Assembly (NCBI GenBank): GCA_021786105.1
Contig: JAJYNW010000015.1
Location: 1 to 64,000 of the forward strand
From: a bacterium
GTDB taxonomy: Bacteria > Patescibacteriota > Microgenomatia > Daviesbacterales > UBA10151
Length of the DNA: 64,000 nucleotides
Reading direction: 5' to 3'
The position numbers were made by a program, and so were the translations under genes. Positions within the stretch are counted from its first letter, which is position 1. Each line of letters opens with the position of its first letter. This document shows, in pieces, positions 36,561 to 46,002 of the stretch. The notes beneath the pieces were generated by a model. It made no database searches. It had not been told where the DNA came from and saw only the letters and a program-made list of their open reading frames with translations.

Positions 36561-38390
36561 TTAAGTAATGGTATTCTGTGTTTTTGACGTTTGTTGTTGA
36601 GGCTTTCTTTTAAATGGCCAGGGAGGAGTCCAATCCATCTCTCTTGCTTTTGTTAAACCAGGTTTTCCAGTATATGGTACCCATTTCATTGAATCCTTAT
36701 CTCTTATAAATTGTGTTTCTCCAAAGACACTTGTTTTAGCCCCTTGGCCCCAGTTAAGACCGCCCATATAGGTTCTTTGGGCATAACCCTGGCCGCGGCC
36801 AAAGCCGCCCATTACTTCCTGTCCGATTGCCGCTCCTGCCTGGCCGCCCCGCCCAATAGTTTTGGTTACGATATCAGGGATTGTGGGAAGTGCCATTAGA
36901 GCTCCAAACGCCAATAAAATTCTTACGAAACTAAGATCCATCCCTCCCAGCAGTGGGAAGGTGGTGGTGTCCACGATACCTCTGCCGCTGCCGATCTGGG
37001 CATAGGCCGGGGAGATTAAGTTCCCGCCGCTTGGTTGACTAGAGCCGGCAACTTTAAACAGGCATTTGTTTAGGTCTTTGTCAGGGCAGTGCGGGGCTAA
37101 ATCAGGCCCCATGATGAATGCCACAAAATAGAGTACTGCCACGACGGCCGGGAATATCAAAATATTGCCAATCATATTTAAAACCCAGCCTGTTGCCATC
37201 CCCTGTCTGCCCGGTAAAGAGGCAATAAGAAATTGAAATGGGGCGCTGATAGTTAAGAAAATAATTGTCAGCCAGGCCATAATTAAACGTAGCAGCAGTT
37301 TGATCATTTGATAGATTAAAGCTAAAGCAGCGGCAAAGCTTAAAAAGTATCCTAGGAAAAACGGTAAGGCCACATTAGCCGTAACTCCTCCAAGTAGACT
37401 TAACACCGGACCTGCAATTAAGCCCCAGGGTGGCGGGATGCCACCAGCAATGGGCATTAAGAATTGGGCAGAAAGCCAAAAAACCACGATTCTTAGTGGA
37501 TTTATAGCATCTCCCAGATTGCTGATGATACTATTGGCCACACTTTCTGCTCTGTCTCGGGTCACTACTCCTGTTAGTGGGGACATGAGGCTGAGGATAT
37601 TTTGATTAGAGAGTTTCTGTGTCAAATTTAATTGTTCTTTAAACTCGCCATTATCTAACTTTCCCTGAGCAGCTACAAAATAATAACCTACGACATTCGT
37701 TCCGACAAATGCCATGTCAGAGATCAGGCCGGCTAAAAAGTAGGAAAAAGTAATCATAATCAGGCCGATGACTAAACCCGGTAAAGCAGTTTGGGCAGTA
37801 ATGACTGTTTGCGGATTGATTTTATTCCTAAACATAATCATCAGTCCGATGACTAAAAAGACTATAATCATGATGACATAAGCAATATTTCTGGATACTT
37901 GCCAAAGGGTTAAAATGGGGTTTAACACTGCTGCTCCTGATCCAACCACCTGGGCATTGGCTGTTTTGACAATGCCTAAACCTTGTCCCACTGAAGCTAA
38001 ATAATCAGCGGTTCTGACTGGCGGATTTTGGTATAACATTCCGATTAAGTTGGTAGTAGTTCCTAATACACCTCCGGAAGTATTAACCTGGGATAATACC
38101 GGGATGCTTTGAATCATACCCTGAGCATTTTTAGTCACTTGATAAGTTAAGCATGGTTGGCCGATGACCGATTGCCCGATGGCCAAACAGGAAAAAGAAT
38201 GGAATAAGTTATTGACTAACAGGTCAGTATAGAGAGGGGAAGTAGGGCTAATAGTAGTTGGCAGTTGGGTAACAGTTGGGGTAACAGGGGTGGCAGGCAT
38301 AGCAGCAGGAGTAGCGGTCGCAGCATAAACAGGAGCAGTAAGGAATAGATAACCAGCAGTTAGCAGTAGGGCAAGGATCCGGGCAAACAT
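36561..38390 (-). CDS. polytopic membrane protein, VirB6/TrbL-like
   Basis: Signal peptide; W..SRNIAY, LP.LVI.LI.ITFSY...G...D motifs; multiple TMs; follows the pilin array. Confidence 0.7.
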   Translation of the reverse strand: MFARILALLLTAGYLFLTAPVYAATATPAAMPATPVTPTVTQLPTTISPTSPLYTDLLVNNLFHSFSCLAIGQSVIGQPCLTYQVTKNAQGMIQSIPVLSQVNTSGGVLGTTTNLIGMLYQNPPVRTADYLASVGQGLGIVKTANAQVVGSGAAVLNPILTLWQVSRNIAYVIMIIVFLVIGLMIMFRNKINPQTVITAQTALPGLVIGLIMITFSYFLAGLISDMAFVGTNVVGYYFVAAQGKLDNGEFKEQLNLTQKLSNQNILSLMSPLTGVVTRDRAESVANSIISNLGDAINPLRIVVFWLSAQFLMPIAGGIPPPWGLIAGPVLSLLGGVTANVALPFFLGYFLSFAAALALIYQMIKLLLRLIMAWLTIIFLTISAPFQFLIASLPGRQGMATGWVLNMIGNILIFPAVVAVLYFVAFIMGPDLAPHCPDKDLNKCLFKVAGSSQPSGGNLISPAYAQIGSGRGIVDTTTFPLLGGMDLSFVRILLAFGALMALPTIPDIVTKTIGRGGQAGAAIGQEVMGGFGRGQGYAQRTYMGGLNWGQGAKTSVFGETQFIRDKDSMKWVPYTGKPGLTKAREMDWTPPWPFKRKPQQQTSKTQNTIT

Positions 38391-38437
38391 AAAGATATAC
38401 TAACAGTAAAACAAACCACCATACTTTGCAACTCTTT

Positions 38438-38878
38438 TCAGGGCTTAAATGGACCGCAGAACCAGTTGGTGGAGTCGCCGCATAAAGCTTTCATGTTAAA
38501 AACTGTGACAGGTTGATTTGTGAAGCCGGCAATCAGCTGTAAAATAATCCACGCTACAGCCATAAAAAGTACTCCTAAAATGGCCCATGACAGAGTGTAG
38601 TGGGCAGCCTGGAGGGCTTTAGGTTCCCCGCCGGAGGTCAGGTATTTAAATCCGGCAACAAGCAGTACCATGAGCATGGCAATAAACCCCAGGCCAACTA
38701 CTACAGACAGGACATTGCCAACTGTTCCTTCGATTTCATTTAATCCGGCCGGGCAGGGACCATATTTGGCAATTGAGGCAGCATCAGAAGGGCAGGGCGA
38801 AGGAACAGGATTTGCTGCGTAGGCCGGAGAAACAAAAAAAGCCAAGATTAAAGTAAAGAGCAGCAATATCTTCATCAA
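38438..38878 (-). CDS. VirB2/TrbC-like pilin
   Basis: Signal peptide plus AGFKYLTSGGEPK...A...L.WAILG motif. Confidence 0.8.
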   Translation of the reverse strand: MMKILLLFTLILAFFVSPAYAANPVPSPCPSDAASIAKYGPCPAGLNEIEGTVGNVLSVVVGLGFIAMLMVLLVAGFKYLTSGGEPKALQAAHYTLSWAILGVLFMAVAWIILQLIAGFTNQPVTVFNMKALCGDSTNWFCGPFKP

Positions 38879-38941
38879 TTAATCATTATTCACTAATGTT
38901 AAATCATTTGCAATGGCTGGAAGATCAAATGAAATTTGGTA

Positions 38942-39310
38942 TTAGCTGGGAGCTGGGATTGGCAGAGTGCCAATGTTGGGGAAGCCTAAGATTTGGGCTG
39001 CCAGTTGAGCCAAGGCAAAGGCGACAGCCAGAATGGCGATACCAACTAAAGCATTGATAATTCTGTTTCTGGCTTTGGCCACCGCTTCTTTGTCTCCACC
39101 GGACACAATCCATTCAAATGCCCCCAAAATCAGCATCACCAAAACTACTAATACTGCTATGGAAAAAGCGATCGTGATGATATTGGTAATAAAGTTGCCG
39201 ATAGTTTTATAACCATAGGGAGGCGGGGAGATGGTTATATCTGTAGCCAAGGCCGGAGTAGCGGTTAACAATGAAAATGCTGCAGAACCAATAAATGCTA
39301 ATTTTTTCAT
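38942..39310 (-). CDS. VirB2/TrbC-like pilin
   Basis: GAFEWIVSGGDKEAVAKARNRIINALVG motif. Confidence 0.85.
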   Translation of the reverse strand: MKKLAFIGSAAFSLLTATPALATDITISPPPYGYKTIGNFITNIITIAFSIAVLVVLVMLILGAFEWIVSGGDKEAVAKARNRIINALVGIAILAVAFALAQLAAQILGFPNIGTLPIPAPS

Positions 39311-39346
39311 CTCTGGTTTAACTATAGCTATATCGCAAACGACTTG

Positions 39347-40072
39347 TCAATACCCCCAGTTCACGGGAGGAGAACAATCTGAGGGATTAGTTGGTGGATG
39401 AGTTAAGGCAAAAGCTTGCTGACCCGGGCAGGAGATGCGATAGAGGTCGCCCCATCGCTCGATTGTGCATCCTTTGCAAACGCTCTCGTCAAAAAACTCA
39501 AATCCGGTAAATGTGCCCAAAACTGAGATAATGGCAAAAGCCGCGGCAAAGAGTAGGATGCCTATAATAGCATTTAAAATTCTCCTTTGAGCGGCAGCTA
39601 ATTGTTCTTTATCCCCTCCGGAAGTAAGCCATTGAAAGGCTCCCCAGAGGATCATAAATAGCAAGACAATGGCGGCTACCATATAAATTAAGTTGACGCC
39701 GTTTGATAAAAATTGGCTAATAGCTCCGGCGCCGGTCGGGTCTTTTTTTAACATGCCTTGCAGCGGGTTGGGAGGCAGAATTTTGCCAAACAGGTTTTGG
39801 ACAGTATCTATTTGGCATGTAGAAGCTTGGGTAGTTTTACCAGGTGGGATATCCGGGGTACCGTCTTTATTATAATGCAGTTGGCAGCTGTATTTTTTTC
39901 CCTGATAATCATCGCAGGTATCAACACCGGGGTGGCAAATTTCGTCGTGACCACAAGGAACACCATGGCAGGCGCTGGTATCTGCTAAAACGGCTGTGTG
40001 ACTAAACAGTAAAACAGCGGTTATAACGGTAAGAAATGCTAATAAGCTGGTTAGGAAAAATCTCTTCGACAT
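39347..40072 (-). CDS. VirB2/TrbC-like pilin with Cys-rich extensions
   Basis: GAFQWLTSGGDKEQLAAAQRRILNAIIG motif; Cys-rich N- and C-terminal parts. Confidence 0.8.
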   Translation of the reverse strand: MSKRFFLTSLLAFLTVITAVLLFSHTAVLADTSACHGVPCGHDEICHPGVDTCDDYQGKKYSCQLHYNKDGTPDIPPGKTTQASTCQIDTVQNLFGKILPPNPLQGMLKKDPTGAGAISQFLSNGVNLIYMVAAIVLLFMILWGAFQWLTSGGDKEQLAAAQRRILNAIIGILLFAAAFAIISVLGTFTGFEFFDESVCKGCTIERWGDLYRISCPGQQAFALTHPPTNPSDCSPPVNWGY

Positions 40073-40173
40073 GGATCCCTAAAAATATCTTACCATAAAC
40101 TCATACAAATCTCTTATCTTTATCACATTTCTTCCATTCATTTTTCTGTTAGCATAAAGCATAGCCTATAACC

Positions 40174-40202
40174 TTGACAAAAATACTATAGAGTATTAAA
40201 AT
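40174..40202 (+). promoter_or_regulatory. sigma-70 promoter
   Basis: TTGACA(40174)-17 bp-TAAAAT(40197), ATG 9 nt later. Confidence 0.7.
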
Positions 40203-40211
40203 GGCGCTCAA

Positions 40212-41117
40212 ATGGGTAAGTCGGGAGAGTTAGAACAAGACAATCAAGCTAAAAATGCAGCAATTGAAGAAGCTGCCAAAAAGGGTATGGAGGCATCCAA
40301 AGGTCAGGGTGCTGATTCCTTAGTAGAAAATTCAGATGCCAGTCTCCCCGGAAGTCTTAGTCCGAAAACCAGATTAGCGCTTGCTTGTGGAGTTGGTATA
40401 TTGGCGCTTTTAGGTATAACCTCTTGTATTTTTGGTGAACCGCCAGTTGCAAAGGCCGGAAATCCTGATACGCCTGTTGCAGGCCCTCAGCCAACTTATA
40501 CACCTTTGCCAACTTATACTCCGTATCCTACCGCTGAGCCGACTTATACACCCTATCCGACTTATACTCCTCAGCCAACCTTTACTCCTCTGGCTACCGC
40601 TATACCTACATCAACTCCAGCGCCCACCCCGACTCTTCAGCCAGGCATGACTTTGTTAAACCCTACCCAGCCCGGTTTGTTTATCCTGCAAGCTCCTGAG
40701 CCGCGAGTGGTGCATGCGGATACAATTAATCCGGCAATTTGTTACCCACAAGTGGTTGATAAACCAGTTCCGGTTAAAGTAGAAGTGCCGCGCCAGCTTA
40801 GGGAAGACGAGAGGGTTGTGACCGATGCAACATTGAACGATTACACTAGGAGAAAGGCTGAGGAAATTACCGCCCCGCTCAAAAGCGAGCTTGATGCAAC
40901 TAAGGCCAAGTTGACAACTGCAGAAAAAGCCCTGAGCGATTGTAATACTAACTTAACAGATACCAAGAAACAATTAGATAAGGTTCAAGGGTGGCATTAT
41001 GATATTTGGTCTGGTTTGATAACTGCTTTGCCGGTTTTAGGGCTGGCGGCAGGGTTGGCTTATAGATTTAGACAAAGAATTATTGTTCGTCTCTATCCTG
41101 GTATTGTTTTCCCTTAA
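40212..41117 (+). CDS. membrane protein with PTYTP repeats and coiled coil
   Basis: Two hydrophobic segments; PTYTPL/PTYTPY/PTYTPQ tandem repeats at about 40490-40590. Confidence 0.7.
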   Translation: MGKSGELEQDNQAKNAAIEEAAKKGMEASKGQGADSLVENSDASLPGSLSPKTRLALACGVGILALLGITSCIFGEPPVAKAGNPDTPVAGPQPTYTPLPTYTPYPTAEPTYTPYPTYTPQPTFTPLATAIPTSTPAPTPTLQPGMTLLNPTQPGLFILQAPEPRVVHADTINPAICYPQVVDKPVPVKVEVPRQLREDERVVTDATLNDYTRRKAEEITAPLKSELDATKAKLTTAEKALSDCNTNLTDTKKQLDKVQGWHYDIWSGLITALPVLGLAAGLAYRFRQRIIVRLYPGIVFP

Positions 41118-41141
41118 TTTAGCAGTTGTTTTGACTCAGCT

Positions 41142-41474
41142 CTAACTTTGGAATAGCTGGAGATTGGTAATTCCGAATAAACTGGACAGTAAAAATTGCA
41201 GAATGATAAAGGCAAACATTAAAATAATAAAGCCAATGATGGCGTGAGTAATCATTTGTCTGGCTCCGGCAATTTCTTCTTTATTCCCGCCAGATTTTAA
41301 CCAATTAAAAGCTCCCCAGAGGAAATAAATTACCACTGCAGCCGCGGCAACGGAAAATATGGTAGGAACTAACTTGCTGATGATGTCTCCAAAAGAAGAA
41401 AATGATGGGCCAAAGCCAAAACAGTCTTTAATTGATACGCCGGAGGGGTAAGGGGGAGTAGGGCAGGGGTTCAA
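41142..41474 (-). CDS. VirB2/TrbC-like pilin
   Basis: GAFNWLKSGGNKEEIAGARQMITHAIIG motif. Confidence 0.82.
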   Translation of the reverse strand: MNPCPTPPYPSGVSIKDCFGFGPSFSSFGDIISKLVPTIFSVAAAAVVIYFLWGAFNWLKSGGNKEEIAGARQMITHAIIGFIILMFAFIILQFLLSSLFGITNLQLFQS

Positions 41475-41767
41475 AATGGTACCCCTCCTTTCGGTTGTAA
41501 AACTTCTGCCACAAATTTGGCCACAAAGAAAGCCAATAATACTATGATCAGACCAAGGATGGCCCAGGTGATCCTGGCCCGGGCTTTGGCCAAATCTTCT
41601 TTTTTCCCCTGGGCCATAATGTAAGAAATTGCGCCCCAGATTAAATAGGTAAAGGAGAGGAAAACAGCGGCAAAAAAAGCAATGTTGATGAATACGGAAA
41701 GCAGGTCACCTAAAGTTTTCTGAGGTGCAGGATTAGCTTTAAAAATATCGTTTAAGCCAGGTATCAT
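41471..41767 (-). CDS. VirB2/TrbC-like pilin
   Basis: GAISYIMAQGKKEDLAKARARITWAILG motif. Confidence 0.82.
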   Translation of the reverse strand: MIPGLNDIFKANPAPQKTLGDLLSVFINIAFFAAVFLSFTYLIWGAISYIMAQGKKEDLAKARARITWAILGLIIVLLAFFVAKFVAEVLQPKGGVPF

Positions 41768-41769
41768 AA

Positions 41770-41805
41770 TAGTGACTAGTCGCCAGAGTCTAGAGTCAAG
41801 TGGAT
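41770..41805. repeat. 36-bp perfect direct repeat (copy 1; copy 2 at 42156-42191)
   Basis: TAGTGACTAGTCGCCAGAGTCTAGAGTCAAGTGGAT at both sites. Confidence 0.92.
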
Positions 41806-42152
41806 TTCAATAAACCACTTAAGATTCTAGCTGTTTCTGTATGAATATCTAATATTCTCTCATAATCTTGAGAGTTTATAAACTTTCTTTCATAAGCAAA
41901 ATCAATAAAAAATTCTAGTTCTGTTAAAGATGCGACTGCCATTTGATAAAAATGTTTTCTATCTTTTAAACTACTTCTGCTGTATCCCTCAGCTATATTG
42001 GCGCAAACAGATAAAGCAGCTCGACGCATTTGGGAAATTAGTCCGAAAATTTCGTCTTTAGGGAAGTTGGTTGTTTCATCGTAAATTAAATGAGTTAGCA
42101 GATTACTTTTTTGCCATGCAATTAATTTTCTGTAACCTTTATTATTTCGCAT
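41796..42152 (-). CDS. four-helix-bundle protein (23S rRNA IVP/Avd-like family)
   Basis: L.AWQKS, FPKDE.FGL.SQMRRAALSV.ANIAEG.SR...F...A..SL.E motifs. Confidence 0.92.
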   Translation of the reverse strand: MRNNKGYRKLIAWQKSNLLTHLIYDETTNFPKDEIFGLISQMRRAALSVCANIAEGYSRSSLKDRKHFYQMAVASLTELEFFIDFAYERKFINSQDYERILDIHTETARILSGLLKST

Positions 42153-42231
42153 AGTTAGTGACTAGTCGCCAGAGTCTAGAGTCAAGTGGATGGCTGTTTT
42201 TCTAGACTCTAGATTCTAGACTCTTGACTCT
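42153..42231. repeat. 7-nt-periodic palindrome upstream of the four-helix-bundle gene
   Basis: AGTTAGTGACTAGTCGCCAGAGTCTAGAGTCAAG...TCTAGACTCTAGATTCTAGACTCTTGACTCT. Confidence 0.85.
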
Positions 42232-43387
42232 GATGAAACCCAGGTATATTTAATATACTCACTCCAATAATCTGTAAAAGCAAAATACTAAAAATTACAA
42301 ATAATAATCCAATAATGGCACTGGTTACTCTGCTGCGGCCGGCGCTTAAGGTTTCCGGATTACCGGCTGAGGTGAGCATCTGAAATGCCCCCAGCAGCAT
42401 CATTAAAAATGATAAACCTCCGCCGATGCCAATGGTAAATGTTAGAAAGTCTTTAACCAACTCAGGAGGATTGGTATGGATGCAGCCAATGGCAGTAGGG
42501 ATACCAGGGTTAGGGTTAAGTTTGGTTGGGTCGTTTGGATCCTGAGGGTCATTGCATCCGGGAACTAGATTACCCATGGCAAGGGAGCAATCTTCTGGTT
42601 TGACGCATTGTTTTGTTATATCTGGTAGAACGGGGCATTGCCCGCCCTCGCCGCTTCCCAGCACCCCGACGGTAAAGCATACCGGAGCGCACTCAATACG
42701 ATTATTTTTCCCTATAACCACGGTATAAATACCCCCATTAAATTTTCCTAAGTTCTTGCTAAGGGTGGAGGGATCTGCGGGATCAAAATTGTTATTGGAA
42801 AATTTAATTTCATTATTGATATAGATATCATAACTACCCTTATTAATATTCTGTGCCGATAAAATGACATCTGTGGTTGGATCAATCGGTTTGGTCTCTA
42901 TAGTGCTGGTACAGTTTGATTGCGCAGGAGCATTTTTAAATTCAAAAGTATCCTGGCAAACGATATTTCGAGGTGTTGGAGGTTTACCCTTTTCCATGGC
43001 AGTAATGATATAGGTGCCTAAATTCCATTTGTCATGTCCCCAGCTAGCAGGCCAGCCATTAGGGGGATGTTGTATTATGAGCGGAGCGGGGGTGTCTGCG
43101 CCAAAAGTAATATCGTTTACGTTATAAATATTACCGGCAGGGTCTTTAATTTGGAACCAATAAAGAGTTGGGGTTAAATCTTTTGAAGTATTGGTAACAG
43201 TAATTTTTAAATCGCCTATATTTTGATTGAGTGATCCTTTGGGAGGATCGTAGTCGAAGCTACATTCGGTCGCTGCGAATGTATTTACAGGTAGGAAAAA
43301 TGAGGTAAAAGAAAAAACTAATATTACCGTAAATAATTGCAGGAGGATTTTGGACATTAACCTCAGCTTAGCACGAAATTCATTCAA
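42209..43387 (-). CDS. large pilin-like protein: beta-rich extracellular domains plus C-terminal VirB2-like module
   Basis: Signal peptide; IPTAIGCI and GAFQMLTSAGNPETL.AGR.RVTSAIIG motifs. Confidence 0.75.
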   Translation of the reverse strand: MNEFRAKLRLMSKILLQLFTVILVFSFTSFFLPVNTFAATECSFDYDPPKGSLNQNIGDLKITVTNTSKDLTPTLYWFQIKDPAGNIYNVNDITFGADTPAPLIIQHPPNGWPASWGHDKWNLGTYIITAMEKGKPPTPRNIVCQDTFEFKNAPAQSNCTSTIETKPIDPTTDVILSAQNINKGSYDIYINNEIKFSNNNFDPADPSTLSKNLGKFNGGIYTVVIGKNNRIECAPVCFTVGVLGSGEGGQCPVLPDITKQCVKPEDCSLAMGNLVPGCNDPQDPNDPTKLNPNPGIPTAIGCIHTNPPELVKDFLTFTIGIGGGLSFLMMLLGAFQMLTSAGNPETLSAGRSRVTSAIIGLLFVIFSILLLQIIGVSILNIPGFHQSQESRI

Positions 43388-43431
43388 AACTCAAATCTTA
43401 AGATAACCAATTATGTTAAAATTAATTTTCC

Positions 43432-45162
43432 ATGCGCCGAATCATTTTGCTCCTAGCCCTGGCCTTTTTTCTGTTTACCGTTTTAGGTTATTTTACTTCT
43501 GTCCGCGCTGATGAGATAGAGGATTTACAAAAACAGATTGACCAATTAAATCATGCCCGGGAACTGTCGGTTAATGCTACCAAGCCGTTAGAAGGGCAGT
43601 TGGATTCTTTAAAGCGGCAGCTGGCCCAAATCCAGGCCAGTTTAGATAATTTATCTGCCAATATCAAAGCCAAGCAAAAGGATTTGGATGTCCGGGAAGA
43701 CAAATTGGCTTTGCAGCAGGCACTTCTTGAAGAAAGAGTTAAAGCTTACTATATTCGTTCCTATATGACTGATCCGCTGCTGGTTATTTTTTCCTCAATT
43801 CAGGCGGGGGATTTATTCAGGGAGCTGTCTTATCGTCAGTCAGTGACTCGGGAGGATAGATCAATTATTTCTTCCATCACGGCGGAAGTGGTGGATTTGT
43901 TAACCCAAAAGGAAAAACTGGAAAAAGATAAAGTTAAACTGGCTGCTTTGCAGGGAGAAGTGGATAAAAATGCCGACTTTTTAGGCGGGGAGATTAAAAA
44001 GGCCAAGGCTTATCAGGCCGATTTAACCGGTAAAATTGCCCAATTATCAGCCAAACAGCAGGAATTATTGGCACAAAAGCTGGGCAGTTTAAATTTACCT
44101 ACCTCAGCCTACGCCATGCACGGCGGTTGCACTGATGATCGGAATACTGATCCGGGTTTCAGCCCGCGTTTTGCCATGTTTACTTACGGGGTGCCGAATC
44201 GGGTGGGTTTAAATCAATTTGGAGCCAAAGGTCGGGCGGAGGCTGGCCAAAATGCTCAGACCATCCTGCAGGCTTACTATAATGCTGATTACACCACCGG
44301 TTATAATTCCGGAATCAATATTCATGTCACCGGCAGCAATGAGTATGGTCAGTCTTTTGATGACAACTGGAATATTGAAGATTACGTAAAACATTTATAT
44401 GAAATGCCGGCCGGTTGGCCCATGGAAGCTTTAAAAGCTCAAGCCATTGCCGCCCGGTCTTATGCTTTGGCTTATACCAATAACGGCGCCGGTCCGATTT
44501 GTCCCAGCCAGCAGTGTCAGGTGGTGAAAAAAGAAATTAATGACGGTAATTGGCAGGCGGCGGTGGATGCTACCCGGGGGATTGTTTTAACTTCCGGCGG
44601 CCAACCGATTAAGGCCTGGTTCTCTTCTACCCATGGCGGCTATGTTTTTTCCTCCGGCGATATTGGCTGGAGTTCTACGCCCTTTACCAAACGGGGGCAG
44701 GACGCCTCCGGCGGCATTAACAGTTTTGCTGATTTGCAAAACAATGCTTATGATAAAAGCTCGCCGGTTTTCTACTGCGATTGGGGTTCCCGGGCTCAGT
44801 ATAATAAGACTGCCTGGTTAAAGCCGGAGGAGTTGGCCGATATTGTTAACGTATTGATGCTGGCCAAGAAAGATTCCGGTACTCAAGTTCACTTATCCCA
44901 GGTTGATAAGCCTAATCCCGATGGTCAGGAAACCTGGGATGCTGATCGGGTTAAAAGGGAGTTGGGATCACAGGCTTTCAATACTATTTCCAGCGTGTCA
45001 GTGTCTGCTGATTTCGGATCCGGTCAAACCACTACCGTGACAGTCTCCGGAGACGGCAAGACTCAATCCTTCAGCGGCGGTGAGTTCAAAAACTACTTTA
45101 ATTTACGGGCGCCTTCTAATATTAATATTGTTGGTCCGTTATTTAATGTGGAACAAAGGTGA
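43432..45162 (+). CDS. coiled-coil plus SpoIID/LytB-domain peptidoglycan hydrolase
   Basis: Signal peptide, long coiled coil, VGLNQFGA.GRA, EMPAGWPMEALKAQAIAARSYA motifs. Confidence 0.85.
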   Translation: MRRIILLLALAFFLFTVLGYFTSVRADEIEDLQKQIDQLNHARELSVNATKPLEGQLDSLKRQLAQIQASLDNLSANIKAKQKDLDVREDKLALQQALLEERVKAYYIRSYMTDPLLVIFSSIQAGDLFRELSYRQSVTREDRSIISSITAEVVDLLTQKEKLEKDKVKLAALQGEVDKNADFLGGEIKKAKAYQADLTGKIAQLSAKQQELLAQKLGSLNLPTSAYAMHGGCTDDRNTDPGFSPRFAMFTYGVPNRVGLNQFGAKGRAEAGQNAQTILQAYYNADYTTGYNSGINIHVTGSNEYGQSFDDNWNIEDYVKHLYEMPAGWPMEALKAQAIAARSYALAYTNNGAGPICPSQQCQVVKKEINDGNWQAAVDATRGIVLTSGGQPIKAWFSSTHGGYVFSSGDIGWSSTPFTKRGQDASGGINSFADLQNNAYDKSSPVFYCDWGSRAQYNKTAWLKPEELADIVNVLMLAKKDSGTQVHLSQVDKPNPDGQETWDADRVKRELGSQAFNTISSVSVSADFGSGQTTTVTVSGDGKTQSFSGGEFKNYFNLRAPSNINIVGPLFNVEQR

Positions 45163-45185
45163 GGTAAAGTGCTATACTTGCCATA

Positions 45186-45749
45186 ATGTTTTCTGCATAT
45201 GTAGAAAGACCTGATTACTGCCGGTTTGAGGGTCAAGACCCCGATGAGAAAATATTGTTGTTACTGCGGGCGCATCCCATTACCAACTTGCCTTGGATTT
45301 TCCTGGCTGTTTTTGTCTTTACCGTGCCGTTTTTGGTAAAAATAGCCGCTCCTTTTGTTGGTTTTAGTCTGGACTTAGTTCCGCCGAATTTTTTGCTAAT
45401 TTTGTTAATTATTAATTATCTGTTTGTTTTGGTGGTTGTTTTCCAGGGTTTTTTGGAATGGTATTTTAATGCCACTATTGTGACCAATGAAAAAGTAATT
45501 GATATGTCTTTTGCCCATTTGCTTTACAAGGGGGTTGATCTCGCTCCTCTGCCAAAGATTGAAGAAACAGATTCTGTGACTGCTGGTATTCTGGGAACCA
45601 TGTTTAACTTTGGCAATGTGAAAATTCAAACCGCCGGAGCCACGGTGGCGATTGAAATGAAAAATATCCCCCGGCCAGCCTCTGTCGCAGATTTAATTTT
45701 GGATTTGATTGGTAAGCCGAATGAAAACTTGATTGTAGAAAAAAATTAA
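45186..45749 (+). CDS. membrane protein with bacterial PH domain
   Basis: Two TMs; IVTNEKVID...FNFGNV.IQTAG...IP.P motif. Confidence 0.75.
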   Translation: MFSAYVERPDYCRFEGQDPDEKILLLLRAHPITNLPWIFLAVFVFTVPFLVKIAAPFVGFSLDLVPPNFLLILLIINYLFVLVVVFQGFLEWYFNATIVTNEKVIDMSFAHLLYKGVDLAPLPKIEETDSVTAGILGTMFNFGNVKIQTAGATVAIEMKNIPRPASVADLILDLIGKPNENLIVEKN

Positions 45750-45750
45750 T

Positions 45751-46002
45751 ATGCCAATTACCTCGACCCAAAACTTGGCCACACAAAGTTTATTTGACAA
45801 TTATTACATTTTGGCCGGGGCCAAAGGGGCAATTTTGCTTATTTTAATATTTTACGCTATATTTTCCTTGATTATTATCCGGCAGGTGGATTCGATGGGT
45901 AAAACATTGATTACCAATATTTCGCCGCTAGTGAAAGGTTTGGCTATTATTCACGCCGGTTTTGCGATTGGATTAATCGTTTTAGCATGGGGAATGCTGT
46001 AA
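45751..46002 (+). CDS. small membrane protein (DUF5657-like)
   Basis: Y.IFS..IIRQV..M..T pattern with two TMs. Confidence 0.55.
   Translation: MPITSTQNLATQSLFDNYYILAGAKGAILLILIFYAIFSLIIIRQVDSMGKTLITNISPLVKGLAIIHAGFAIGLIVLAWGML

Noticed and set aside
41796-42152. Diversity-generating retroelement (Avd)
   Set aside because: No reverse transcriptase and no TR/VR pair with adenine-specific differences seen in the window
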